Source: Candidatus Latescibacterota bacterium (lineage in GTDB: Bacteria; Latescibacterota; UBA2968). Taken from it: a stretch of DNA of 64,000 nucleotides. The stretch covers positions 1,824,001-1,888,000 of the forward strand of contig OZ241986.1 of the NCBI GenBank assembly GCA_965204375.1. Reading direction: 5' to 3'. Numbering within the stretch: position 1 is the stretch's first letter; each line of letters begins with the position of its first letter. Below the pieces are notes generated by a model. The model saw nothing but the letters and a program-made list of their open reading frames with translations, was not told where the DNA came from and did not search any database. Below are positions 9,343-18,970 of this stretch, one piece after another. Made by a program: the position numbers and the translations under genes.

Positions 9343-9419
9343 GCGGCATTAGCTCAGTTGGATAGAGCACTGGTCTCCGGAACCAGAGGTCACAGGTTCG
9401 AATCCTGTATGTCGCACCA
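9343..9419 (+). tRNA. tRNA-Arg (anticodon CCG)
   Basis: Acceptor stem GCGGCAT/ATGTCGC, D-arm AGCTCAGTTGGATAGAGC, anticodon arm CTGGT-CTCCGGA-ACCAG, T-loop GGTTCGAATCC, encoded CCA. Confidence 0.97.
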
Positions 9420-9424
9420 CAACC

Positions 9425-9465
9425 AATGGGGCGAGAGTCGTTTGCGACTCTCGCCCCATTTTTTT
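9425..9465 (+). terminator. Rho-independent terminator after tRNA (possibly bidirectional with obgE)
   Basis: AATGGGGCGAGAGTCG-TTTG-CGACTCTCGCCCCATT, a perfect 16-bp stem followed by a T-run. Confidence 0.9.
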
Positions 9466-9485
9466 GCGTCTCACCTTCGCTACAC

Positions 9486-10466
9486 CTATGCGTCTATTTG
9501 CCTTACCAGACCTCGCAACGCCTGAATAAGCGCGTCCAGCCCCTGACCTGTGACAGAGGAAATTCCCATATCTGTTTGGCCCTGAAAAAATGGCGCCTTG
9601 CGGTGTTCGGGTGGCAACAAATCCAGCTTGGTAGCAATGAGCATCGCGGGTTTCTCGCGCAATTTGGGACTGAAACGACCGAGTTCTTCTCTCAAAACTG
9701 TTAGATCGTATTCGGGATTGGGGCTGGTGACATCGACCATAAAAAGGAGAACGCGTGTGCGTTCAATATGGCGCAAAAACTGAAACCCAAGCCCTTTGCC
9801 GCGATGCGCCCCTTCAATCAGGCCGGGAATGTCTGCCATAACAAAGCTATCGTAATCACCGCATTTGACAATGCCCAGATTGGGTTGCAGGGTCGTAAAG
9901 GGGTAATCCGCGATTTTGGGTCGCGCCGCAGATACTCTTGATAGAAGGGTCGATTTACCCGCATTTGGATGGCCGACCAGACCGACATCGGCGATGAGTT
10001 TGAGCTCGAGTTCCAGATGGCGTTCTCGTCCCGATTCTCCGGGCTGGACATACTCTGGTGCTCTGTTTGTCGGCGTGGCAAAACGCGCATTGCCACGGCC
10101 ACCGCGACCGCCCTCGAGCAAAACAACGCGCTGATCTGGTTCAGTCAAATCCGCGAGAATTTCACCCGTTTCTGTATCCTTGATGAGCGTGCCAACCGGT
10201 ACGGGAATTTCAGCATCATCGCCCCGCCTGCCCGCTTTCTTTTGCCCCGACCCATGTTCTCCATGCCCTGCGCTCAAGTGTTGTTGATACCGATAATCGA
10301 GCAGCGTGGAAAGGCGCGGGTCTGCAATAAAAACGACATCTCCCCCCTTGCCACCATCGCCGCCATCTGGCCCCCCTCGCGGCACATGCTTTTCTCGGCG
10401 AAAACTTTTGCATCCATTGCCGCCATTGCCCGAACGGGCATAAATTCTGGTTAGATCAACGAACAT
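9486..10466 (-). CDS. obgE: GTPase ObgE
   Basis: MFVD...SFRREKHVPRGGPDGGDGG; G1 GHPNAGKS; ADYPFTTL; DIPG; TKLD. Confidence 0.97.
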   Translation of the reverse strand: MFVDLTRIYARSGNGGNGCKSFRREKHVPRGGPDGGDGGKGGDVVFIADPRLSTLLDYRYQQHLSAGHGEHGSGQKKAGRRGDDAEIPVPVGTLIKDTETGEILADLTEPDQRVVLLEGGRGGRGNARFATPTNRAPEYVQPGESGRERHLELELKLIADVGLVGHPNAGKSTLLSRVSAARPKIADYPFTTLQPNLGIVKCGDYDSFVMADIPGLIEGAHRGKGLGFQFLRHIERTRVLLFMVDVTSPNPEYDLTVLREELGRFSPKLREKPAMLIATKLDLLPPEHRKAPFFQGQTDMGISSVTGQGLDALIQALRGLVRQIDA

Positions 10467-10477
10467 GGGAAAATTCG

Positions 10478-11236
10478 CTATGTTGCGGACTCTGCCTGTG
10501 CGCTATTTCTCAAAAGCAGAGCCTCTTCAATGGGGATGTGCTCATCTGCGCTGTTGATGAGGTCCCTCGCCGTATTGTAGGTAAAGGAAATGACCTCAAC
10601 GCGCGGTCCCAGAGTTTTAACGAGATCGACCAGAGGTACAAAATCACCGTCACCACTCACGAGAACCACGACATCGAGTTTATCGACAAATCTCATGATA
10701 TCAATGGCCATACCCATGTCCCAATCGCCTTTAGCCGATCCATCGCTGCGCTGCCGCAAATCTTTTCTTTTTACTTCATAGCTCTTTTGTTGGAGCATTG
10801 AGATAAAGTTGCTCTGGTCAACATCTGGCGATTGCACGACATAGGCAATAGCGCGGATCAAGCGGCGTTTACCCACACTGAGTTCCAGCAGTTTTTCAAA
10901 ATCGAGACGCGCATTAAACGGTTTGGCAGCATAAAAGATATTCTGTACATCGACAAATATCCCAACTCGCAATTCAGTCGGGGGAATGGCTGTACGGCGA
11001 TCTAACCGGGTGCGGGCATTGGCCTGTAGAGCGGCGATATTTTTCTGGATGGTATCGAGAGTAGAAAAAATTTCTCGGCGTTCTCGAGCACCGCTAATAG
11101 CTTCTTTATAGACCCTATTCTTAATTTCTCGAAGGTCTCGGATTGAAGCCTGTGCCGTGTTAATCTGATCTAATTTTTGCTCAATACGCGCTATTGCCTC
11201 TTGTATTTGCACAATCTGATCTTTAAAGTCTGCCAT
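10478..11236 (-). CDS. NYN (LabA/DUF88, PIN-like) domain protein with N-terminal coiled coil
   Basis: GIFVDVQN, KGDWDMGMAID, LVSGDGDFVPL. The first ~75 aa show a heptad-like pattern. Confidence 0.88.
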   Translation of the reverse strand: MADFKDQIVQIQEAIARIEQKLDQINTAQASIRDLREIKNRVYKEAISGARERREIFSTLDTIQKNIAALQANARTRLDRRTAIPPTELRVGIFVDVQNIFYAAKPFNARLDFEKLLELSVGKRRLIRAIAYVVQSPDVDQSNFISMLQQKSYEVKRKDLRQRSDGSAKGDWDMGMAIDIMRFVDKLDVVVLVSGDGDFVPLVDLVKTLGPRVEVISFTYNTARDLINSADEHIPIEEALLLRNSAQAESAT

Positions 11237-11239
11237 TTG

Positions 11240-12097
11240 TTATGAAGTCTCCGATATGAGTTTGTGTAACCCTGCGCCAAAGGCAAGGGCAAATCTGCTC
11301 GCCAGTCCGAGTTTTGAGCGATCTCGTTCTGGCAATTGCGCAGTGTCTATACCGCGAAATATTGGATGTTCCGCAAGGCTGAGGTCCGTTGGAGGATCAA
11401 TGGCCGGTATGTCCCCCGATAGATAAACCCGTTTGCAGGGGCGGTGTGAAGTACTGGCGAGAGAGAACCAGCGTTGTAACCTTGAAGTACCAGGACCAGC
11501 TGTTTCAACACCGATTAAAATACCATTTTCAACGGAAATATAAAAAGCTCCAGAGGGGTCGCAGTGAATAGCCATTTGCCTACCCGCCTCCTCCCATAGG
11601 CGAGCGGGCAGTCCCGCACAAAATAGAGCCAGCGGAGCGACGGAAAGATGCAGGTGGGTTTCGCCCAGTGCAGAACACAGGGTTTCGTATGCGTCAATCA
11701 CCCCGTTGCGTACTGCGGTCCAAAAAGCCACGCGTCCCACCGCAATAAAGTCGATCACGCTATTGTCAACAGGAGAAATAAGTGCCTGCGATGCTTCCCA
11801 AAAAATCTGTTCGCGGCGGTCTTCTTCCCCCGCGACTTCGAGAGGAATTTTTTGGATGTGATACAGGCCACCCGAAAGACAAAACGAAAGCGTGCCAATC
11901 GGTTTTGGCAGGCTTTCAAGCGCTTGACCCAATTCCTCAACAAAGGATTTGGACACTTCTTTTTCGGGATTAAAATCAAAAGCCTCCGATACGCGCTGGT
12001 TAATAAGGCCCCTGAGATAATATACATTATCCAATTTTTCAAGATGGACCACGCGCAATGTGTTGCCCGAAATATGAATGCCCGTCGCTGTACTCAT
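11240..12097 (-). CDS. Hypothetical protein, PilM-like actin-fold
   Basis: N-terminal TGIHISGNTLRVVHL (compare PilM GxDIGxxxIKxV), WEASQ, VIDF, VYLSG, ALAFGAGL. The resemblance is divergent. Confidence 0.5.
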   Translation of the reverse strand: MSTATGIHISGNTLRVVHLEKLDNVYYLRGLINQRVSEAFDFNPEKEVSKSFVEELGQALESLPKPIGTLSFCLSGGLYHIQKIPLEVAGEEDRREQIFWEASQALISPVDNSVIDFIAVGRVAFWTAVRNGVIDAYETLCSALGETHLHLSVAPLALFCAGLPARLWEEAGRQMAIHCDPSGAFYISVENGILIGVETAGPGTSRLQRWFSLASTSHRPCKRVYLSGDIPAIDPPTDLSLAEHPIFRGIDTAQLPERDRSKLGLASRFALAFGAGLHKLISETS

Positions 12098-12543
12098 GGC
12101 GTACTCATCGTAAGGTGTGGCCGCAAGCGCTCGAGGGTTTTGGGACCAATACCCTTGACCTTTGTAATATCGTCAATGCGTTTAAATGCCCCATTCTCTT
12201 CGCGATAAGCCACAATGCGTCCCGCAATTTGAGGCCCAATACGGGGCAGCCGCTCCAACTCTTTTGCCGTTGCCGAGTTGATATCGATTAATTTCCCCGC
12301 CGGGGGAACATTTTCTTTAGGCGATGGGGCTTCCGGCGGACTCTGATCCTGTGTTAGAGATGTCGCCGAAGGAACTTCTGTATTCTCCTCTGGCGATGGA
12401 ACTTCCACGGCATTTTTTCGCACCTCAAAATCGGAAATGCGATCCGGATCTCTACTATCGAGATAACGGATAACAATCCCCACAATAAGAATGCCGCAAA
12501 GCATCAACAGAATAATTTGTTCGTTGCGGTTAAAAGTGAACAT
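12094..12543 (-). CDS. comEA: ComEA-like helix-hairpin-helix DNA-binding protein
   Basis: N-terminal TM, Pro/Glu-rich linker, then IDINSATAKELERLPRIGPQIAGRIVAYREENGAFKRIDDITKVKGIGPK. Alternative start at 12555. Confidence 0.85.
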   Translation of the reverse strand: MFTFNRNEQIILLMLCGILIVGIVIRYLDSRDPDRISDFEVRKNAVEVPSPEENTEVPSATSLTQDQSPPEAPSPKENVPPAGKLIDINSATAKELERLPRIGPQIAGRIVAYREENGAFKRIDDITKVKGIGPKTLERLRPHLTMSTP

Positions 12544-12555
12544 GGAAAAGTCCAA

Positions 12556-15500
12556 TTATTGAAATCCGATTTCGCCCCAGAATCGAAAATCCCAGGTCAC
12601 ATTGGTGAGGTCGCGCAGGTGGTCTTTGCGCCGTTCATGGCGAAACGTGGTGCCGCCTGTAAATCGCGAGCTAAAGGCATATTGCGTACCCAGGCTAACA
12701 GACCAGGATGTCGAGTTTTGACGGATAATGGGTTCGGCTGGCACATCGGGTTCGGCACTTCGAGGCATTTCGGTTTGTGTATTCAAATTGCGCGAAAAGG
12801 AAAGCGTGAGGTCGAGCGTGCGCTGAAATCTTCCGCGCAGCGAATAGCGCACATCTGCTTGCAATGTGCCGTTTTCCGTCAAAGTGGTTCCGATCAGGCG
12901 ATCGGCAAGGGTCGGTTGAACAGAAGCTGTATCGGCAGTCACATTGCGCTGATAGCGGATTTCATCGTTGCTGCTTTGGCGGCGGCTAAATGTCGTATTC
13001 ACATCGCCTTTCCAGCGCGCGCTCCACTGAAAAAGCGGATTGTATGATATTTCTCTTGCATCACTTGTCAGATAACGCGACGAGAGACTGAGACTGCCAT
13101 CACCCCGTCGGGTGCGCGATTCCTGGTACCCAAAAGTGGCATTGGAACTGACCCAAAACCAGCCGATCAAAGGCACGCGCTCAAGACCGCGCCAACTCGC
13201 GTCAAATTTGGGAAAGATGACCTGATCGTCTTTGCCGAGTGTATTGCCTGTGCGTTCGTTTTCGGAATAATTGGCAGAGGTGTTAAAATTCAGCCCCAGA
13301 GGCAGCCGAATACCACTGGATACCTGCGCCTGTCTTCGCACATTGCTGGCATTGGTCCTCGTTCCCGTGCTCGCGACCACAATGGGGACCTGGATCGTAT
13401 CTTGAAAACCAAATTGATAGGCCAATGAGGGACGGGCCGTGAGACCAAACAAATTATTTGATTTGTTCTGAGAAACACTGCTCGTCACATTCTGAAGGCG
13501 GCCACCCACTTTTCCAATCCACTGCAAAATGGAAAAACCATCGTCTTTACCGGTCTTGCGCGTCCAACGTTGAAACAAGCTGGGCAAGTTGAGATTGATG
13601 CGCGCGTTCGCCGTTTGCTGGCTATTGACCGTGAGTCCGCGCCGAACGCTACCGTACTGCACGCGCTCCCCACCGATTTCAAAGCGATCCGTGTACGTAG
13701 CCGAATACGACGGATTCACGGTAATCCAGTTGGAAATGCGTGGCGTATATCTGAAGTTGAGCGATTGGTTGCGCGATATTTCGCGTCCAAATTGGAGTTG
13801 GGTCAGGGCGTAGCCATTTCGCAAATCGCGGTTGAGAGTGAGCGAATAATCGGCATTCAGACTGCGAAATGGCGAGAGTTTAATGGCATAACTTTCGGTC
13901 AGGTTAAAAGTCTCTCGCACTGTATCAATCACATTTGAAGTGTCGCCTGCGATGGCGCGAAATGAGGTCTGATCCGATACCCCGCGATTAAAGCGCAGAT
14001 TGTAATTGATGCTGGAGGGCAAATAAAAAAACTGCGCCTCTTTGAGCGGTTTGTAAAAGGGCACCCACTTGAAAATGGCGAGCGCTTCGCGCTGAGACCA
14101 CACCTGATTATAGGTCATATTGCCGTTTAGGTTCTCGTTCAGGCTTCGCCTGCGCTGTGTAATCGCACCCGTTGTCGATGCGTCAGAACTATAGTTGAGT
14201 GACGTGGAGGCTTTGTCAAACAAAATGCGAGACAGCAAGCTCGGGTCTTCGCGTGCTGGCCGCTTTCTCAGCGAGATGGTAAAGCGCGTCTGAGAGCGCA
14301 CATCGCTTTCGTTGATTTTTTGTTCGGGAGTGAGCACAATATCCGATCCCGGGCGTATGCGGGGGCTTGATGTATAGCGATTATAGCTGAATCGGACGGG
14401 CATGGAGGTATTCCATTCTTTGGGAAAGAATTTGTCGATATTGAACTGGCTGTCAAAGTTAAAGCGCGTGGTGGTGTTGCCCGAAGCCCTGCCTTGCAGA
14501 TCTTGAAAATCGCCGCTTCGGCGTTCCAGATTGACCGTCAAATTACCCAGATCGGCGAGGGTTATGCGCGTATCGGCCAGGGCAGATAAGGCGGGTTTTT
14601 TGCGGATATCATCAACGCGCAATTCATCCATCCAAACTTCGTTTTCGCCAATGAGAATCTCATCGCCGCGGTTGCGAATCCCCACGGTAAAGGCTCTGAT
14701 CGAAGCCAACGCGGGATTGCCGCGCACGATATAGGTGCGACCATCCACATCGATCTCTATGCGATTGCCCTCTTTGTCGTAGCGAGCGAGAAAATCGCCA
14801 CGGCGAAGCGACACACTAACGGTATCAGACACTTGCTCGGTGGCTTGAAGACCCAGCAATTGGCCTTTGAGTTGCGACATGACCTCGAGGTCTAAACGGA
14901 CGGTATTGGTTTCTTCTGCCCAACCGCGATAAACCAGCGAGCGGTATTCGTAATAGTTGAGAGAATCGTCATTGATGGGGGCAAAACGCATAAAAAATTC
15001 GATGGGACTGGGGCCCGTACTCAAGGAATCTGCGGCGTCTGAAAAATTGGTGCCATACGTCGGATCGGCCGGGTTGCCGCCGTGCAAAAACAGCGTCATA
15101 ACACCGTATTCGGTATAGTCCTCGCCAGCGGCGAAACTGCGGGATGCAGAGATGGATTCGCCCGGGTAGAGATCGACAAATTCGAGCACCAGAGAATTTT
15201 CAGACAAACGAATACCTGTGGTGGGGTCAATTTCTCGCTCGAGACCCGGAGGAGATTCGTAAAAGGAGTTGTTTGTCCCGATAGTCGAAACCTGAAAATC
15301 GCCCGATAACTGCCCGAACGCGACCGGGTCTTCCTGCCATTCACTGCCGGTCGCACTAAATGTATAGATTTCGACAGAGGTGGTGTCGTTGTGTTCGAAC
15401 CAGACGCGCACAAAGTCAATCTCGCTGGCAAATGTGGTGTCGGGACTACCCTCAAAGGTACGGGGCGCGTCTTGCCCTTTGAGGGGAATGCGCAATAAAC

Positions 15501-18500
15501 GCCACGGGGGATCTGTAATACCGCCCAATTCGGGAAAGAGATCGGATTCCGTGCCGGGCACAAGCATAGATGGGCCAATAAAGGAGCCCGATGCGGAAGA
15601 CAGGCCCCTGTTGCTGGACAAATCGACGCTATATCGGATAAAACTTTCGCGCTGGTCGAGAAAACCATTGCCGTTGAGGTCTTCGGTATCGGGGCGTGAT
15701 TGGCGCTCTGCCCTGTTGCCCTCTGTCCCATTGAGACCAGAGGGATAGCGACGCAGGATATCCGTCGTGTTTTGATCTACGTCCTCAAAATTATCTCCCG
15801 AAGGATCGTTGGGCACAGTTACACCTGGAAATATTTTTCGAAAGACCTCGGTCTCTTCGGCGTCGGTCAATCCATCCAGACCAATGTCTTCTTCGTCAAT
15901 GACGATATCGTCCCCTGTGGGCAAGCCTCCGATGGGTTTGTCTTCTGTGCGAAAACCACTTGGAAATCGCTCTCGATCACTGGGGTCGTTGTACATGGGG
16001 TGATCGAGGGGCAGGCGGACGCGCTCAGAAATATCGCCCAAATCAATGTGCAGATGCCCATCGTCTCCCCGAATCCAGAGTTCGAGAAATTTAGACCGCG
16101 ACAAATCGAGACCATTGACATAGCGCATAATCCCCGCCCATGATTGTTGGGGAATGCCATTTTCGTTGTTCTGCGAACGGATGGGAAATCCATTACTGCG
16201 CGCGGGATCGAATCGCAGTTTGAGAATATCGACAATGTCTTGTTCCGCGCTTATGTCATCGCGGGTGGGCTGAATTCGAGAAAGCGATGCCCTGTCGCGG
16301 TCAATGGGATTATACCACGTCAATCGCCCCTGTGGCAATGTGAGCATTCTGCTGTTGCGAATGGGAACACTTGCGCGATTCCATCCTATTTTGCCAATCG
16401 CAAACGCCGTGCTGTTCAGAGCGCCTTCAAAATCATCGATATAGGCCACATTTTTGGTATTGGGATTGGGCAAACTCTGCGCGATTTCAAAGTCCATATC
16501 GATAGACGACGGGGCCTGTGTGTTCACGAGTGGAATTGAATTGACGAGGTCGCTCAACAGTTTGGGTTGCATCCGGAAGCGCGCATTGGCATCCCACAAA
16601 ATAGTGCGCGTTGGTTCTTGCCCAACCCGCACGCGAGGCGAGGCAGTACTTTGACTGCCGTAGAGCAAGGTCATGCCAATAAGCGAATACTGATCGTCAA
16701 AGGGACGCTCGAGACGCACGCCCAAAAGGCTTTTGGACTGACCAAAACCAAATTGGTCTTTGGTCTGATACGAGATGTCCAGATCAGAGGAAGGATCCGA
16801 AACCTCGTTTTCGGCATCGCCTATAAATTTTAAACGGCCTGTCACATAATTTATCGTGTAGTCTGTATCGCGTGTTAAGGTTCGGTTGTTCAGACGCACG
16901 ACTTCGCTGTTTTCAACCAGTCCAAGAAATCCGAGGTTGTATTCGGTCGATTTGCTCGTCGAACTCACCCGCAGTTCATACCGTCCCGCTTCCTGGCGGT
17001 TGGACGTGTTGGTCTCGTTGTAAATGCCTGGCACGCGCACCTCGAGGTCGGGTGCCCCCAACCCTTCCTCTCCAAAAGGCTCGAGAAAGGGAAAGACGAG
17101 ATGCCCTCTGGCGAGACTCAGCCCGGGGATCTCATTACCCGTACCAATATCGATGAGTCGATCTGGAGGAGAAGATTCAGAAGACCCGTTGGTGTGCCGG
17201 TCGAGGCCAAAAATTTCCAGGTATGATCTGCCCTCCTGATTGTCCTGCGGATTTTCACCCGGCACATTGCGAAAAATGCCGACGAACAGGCCCTCGGGAC
17301 TGATGTTGCGCCCACCCAGGCTATAAACATTGCGCCACGCAAGCCCCCATGTCGGGTCTGTGGGGCGTTGTTGCCTGGCTTTGATGAGCTTGAGCTGAAT
17401 TTTTTTATCTGGATTTCCCGGATCGGGAATAAATTGTATGTCGCCAAAATTTTGACCCGACGCGGTTTGATAAGCTACCGCAAGCGTGTAGCCCCGTGAA
17501 ATCGAACCGCGATTATGGATGAGATAGCCTTCGGGTAGAGGCGTAAATTCGGAGGGGTCGAGTTCGTGAAACGTACCTTCTTCAACGCCCTTGTCAGAAC
17601 GACGCGACGCACCTTCATCGGGCGATCCATTGTTCCACACGAGATATGCGATACCGGGAATGGCCGAGTCTTCGAGGTCGTTTTGAGCGTTGTAGTCGTT
17701 TATGAATACGCGCACGCTTTGCTCATTGACGCGATCGCCCGGCGCAGGTAACAAGCCATTGCGGAAATTTTCTCGATAAGTGTTATCCAGAAAAAAGTAG
17801 GTGTTTTCAATGTACCTGTAATCGGGAATTGCATCAGCCCTTCCTTGCCCTTGCCCCGTCTGCCCTTGCCCCGTAAAGGTTTGGCGACCACTCGACGATT
17901 TGTCCTGAGATGTGACAACTGTAAAATTGATAGCGCCAACCCGCCCCCGCGTTTTGATGCCAAACAGCCCACCTCTACTGCCGCCGCTAAATCCAATCAG
18001 TCGCGTGCCGGGCAAAGCCAGTGTCGTATTGCCCGCTTCTATGGTTTCAATAATGCCGTCTTCATCGCCTTTGTATTGCAGGCGCAGGCCCTCGGTCAGA
18101 TCAAAGCTTTGTCGTTCGCTATCTTGCTCCAGCGAAACCAGGATCCGATCGCCAATAGAGCCTTCAACAGTGAGTCGGGCTTCTTGCTCAAAATTGATGG
18201 TGGGAAAACGCGATGTGCGCGTGAGAGCTGCTTGCGCCTGTCCCAAAGTGTATTGCGAGAGGCCCGACAACTCGATGCGGCGGTACCCCCGTATGGTGAG
18301 ATTGGCAGCCCCTTCCCCAGTAATCGCACTCAACCGCTGGGGGACGCGAATCGGAATTTTGACATCGATTATACCCTCACCTTCTCCATCCTCATCCAGG
18401 CGACCTCCCAATCGCTCCAGTGCAAGGCGATGGGTATCATGGTAGAACTTGTAGCGCATAAAGTCGCCCAGACTGATAATCACCGGAAGGCCGTAAGGCG

Positions 18501-18759
18501 TACCACCCAGATCGCGGAACACCATCAGTGTATATTCGGCTTCTGTTTCTATCAGTTGCGCCGCAGGAGTCGCATATGGGCGTCTTCTGGGAAAATAAGA
18601 AGTGGATCCGGGTGTATCGCGCAAAAAGGCTTCAAGCGTTGACACACCTATTTGCGGGCGCAAACCCGGCGTGGCAAGAGCAATACTCGGGCAGAGCAAC
18701 GCGAGAGAAAACAAAACACTGAGGCCGCGCGACCACAGGTGAATGTGAATAAACTTCAT
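12556..18759 (-). CDS. sprA: SprA-like giant outer-membrane protein (T9SS translocon homolog)
   Basis: About 2070 aa with signal peptide. Motifs: YKGDEDGIIETIEAGN, LFGIKT, WRNVYSLG, DYTINYVTG, AYIDDFEG, WAGIMR, PDTEDLNGNG, EVWMDELR. Beta-strand-rich C-terminus ending IGFQ. Confidence 0.85.
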   Translation of the reverse strand: MKFIHIHLWSRGLSVLFSLALLCPSIALATPGLRPQIGVSTLEAFLRDTPGSTSYFPRRRPYATPAAQLIETEAEYTLMVFRDLGGTPYGLPVIISLGDFMRYKFYHDTHRLALERLGGRLDEDGEGEGIIDVKIPIRVPQRLSAITGEGAANLTIRGYRRIELSGLSQYTLGQAQAALTRTSRFPTINFEQEARLTVEGSIGDRILVSLEQDSERQSFDLTEGLRLQYKGDEDGIIETIEAGNTTLALPGTRLIGFSGGSRGGLFGIKTRGRVGAINFTVVTSQDKSSSGRQTFTGQGQTGQGQGRADAIPDYRYIENTYFFLDNTYRENFRNGLLPAPGDRVNEQSVRVFINDYNAQNDLEDSAIPGIAYLVWNNGSPDEGASRRSDKGVEEGTFHELDPSEFTPLPEGYLIHNRGSISRGYTLAVAYQTASGQNFGDIQFIPDPGNPDKKIQLKLIKARQQRPTDPTWGLAWRNVYSLGGRNISPEGLFVGIFRNVPGENPQDNQEGRSYLEIFGLDRHTNGSSESSPPDRLIDIGTGNEIPGLSLARGHLVFPFLEPFGEEGLGAPDLEVRVPGIYNETNTSNRQEAGRYELRVSSTSKSTEYNLGFLGLVENSEVVRLNNRTLTRDTDYTINYVTGRLKFIGDAENEVSDPSSDLDISYQTKDQFGFGQSKSLLGVRLERPFDDQYSLIGMTLLYGSQSTASPRVRVGQEPTRTILWDANARFRMQPKLLSDLVNSIPLVNTQAPSSIDMDFEIAQSLPNPNTKNVAYIDDFEGALNSTAFAIGKIGWNRASVPIRNSRMLTLPQGRLTWYNPIDRDRASLSRIQPTRDDISAEQDIVDILKLRFDPARSNGFPIRSQNNENGIPQQSWAGIMRYVNGLDLSRSKFLELWIRGDDGHLHIDLGDISERVRLPLDHPMYNDPSDRERFPSGFRTEDKPIGGLPTGDDIVIDEEDIGLDGLTDAEETEVFRKIFPGVTVPNDPSGDNFEDVDQNTTDILRRYPSGLNGTEGNRAERQSRPDTEDLNGNGFLDQRESFIRYSVDLSSNRGLSSASGSFIGPSMLVPGTESDLFPELGGITDPPWRLLRIPLKGQDAPRTFEGSPDTTFASEIDFVRVWFEHNDTTSVEIYTFSATGSEWQEDPVAFGQLSGDFQVSTIGTNNSFYESPPGLEREIDPTTGIRLSENSLVLEFVDLYPGESISASRSFAAGEDYTEYGVMTLFLHGGNPADPTYGTNFSDAADSLSTGPSPIEFFMRFAPINDDSLNYYEYRSLVYRGWAEETNTVRLDLEVMSQLKGQLLGLQATEQVSDTVSVSLRRGDFLARYDKEGNRIEIDVDGRTYIVRGNPALASIRAFTVGIRNRGDEILIGENEVWMDELRVDDIRKKPALSALADTRITLADLGNLTVNLERRSGDFQDLQGRASGNTTTRFNFDSQFNIDKFFPKEWNTSMPVRFSYNRYTSSPRIRPGSDIVLTPEQKINESDVRSQTRFTISLRKRPAREDPSLLSRILFDKASTSLNYSSDASTTGAITQRRRSLNENLNGNMTYNQVWSQREALAIFKWVPFYKPLKEAQFFYLPSSINYNLRFNRGVSDQTSFRAIAGDTSNVIDTVRETFNLTESYAIKLSPFRSLNADYSLTLNRDLRNGYALTQLQFGREISRNQSLNFRYTPRISNWITVNPSYSATYTDRFEIGGERVQYGSVRRGLTVNSQQTANARINLNLPSLFQRWTRKTGKDDGFSILQWIGKVGGRLQNVTSSVSQNKSNNLFGLTARPSLAYQFGFQDTIQVPIVVASTGTRTNASNVRRQAQVSSGIRLPLGLNFNTSANYSENERTGNTLGKDDQVIFPKFDASWRGLERVPLIGWFWVSSNATFGYQESRTRRGDGSLSLSSRYLTSDAREISYNPLFQWSARWKGDVNTTFSRRQSSNDEIRYQRNVTADTASVQPTLADRLIGTTLTENGTLQADVRYSLRGRFQRTLDLTLSFSRNLNTQTEMPRSAEPDVPAEPIIRQNSTSWSVSLGTQYAFSSRFTGGTTFRHERRKDHLRDLTNVTWDFRFWGEIGFQ

Positions 18760-18825
18760 AAGGACTTTGGGAAACAGGCGGAAAGTTGTATGAGCGTGCG
18801 GGTAATAGGTCGTTAAACAAAGTAC

Positions 18826-18853
18826 ATAATAGCACAAGCCACATGAAAGTCAA
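18826..18853 (-). promoter_or_regulatory. Putative promoter of the sprA operon
   Basis: On the minus strand: TTGACT, 16-nt spacer ending TGC, TATTAT (extended -10). Confidence 0.5.
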
Positions 18854-18970
18854 GGTAAAATCCGCAGAAATTGGCGGGAGATAAACATCGGTAAGCGCGT
18901 CTTTTTTTCAGAGGTAAAAAGCCGTATATTCCGTTGATCGTTAAACTCATTTTTTTAAAAAAGGTTCCTC

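Noticed and set aside
9343-9465. tRNA as a possible integration site for an island
   Set aside because: No integrase, and no duplicated tRNA 3' end was noticed elsewhere in the window.
9274-9525. 83-aa ORF spanning the tRNA
   Set aside because: It overlaps tRNA-Arg and its terminator, so it is spurious.
17848-17876. 15-bp tandem duplication in sprA (GQGQTGQGQG)
   Set aside because: In-frame micro-duplication in a probable loop, with no sign of functional significance.
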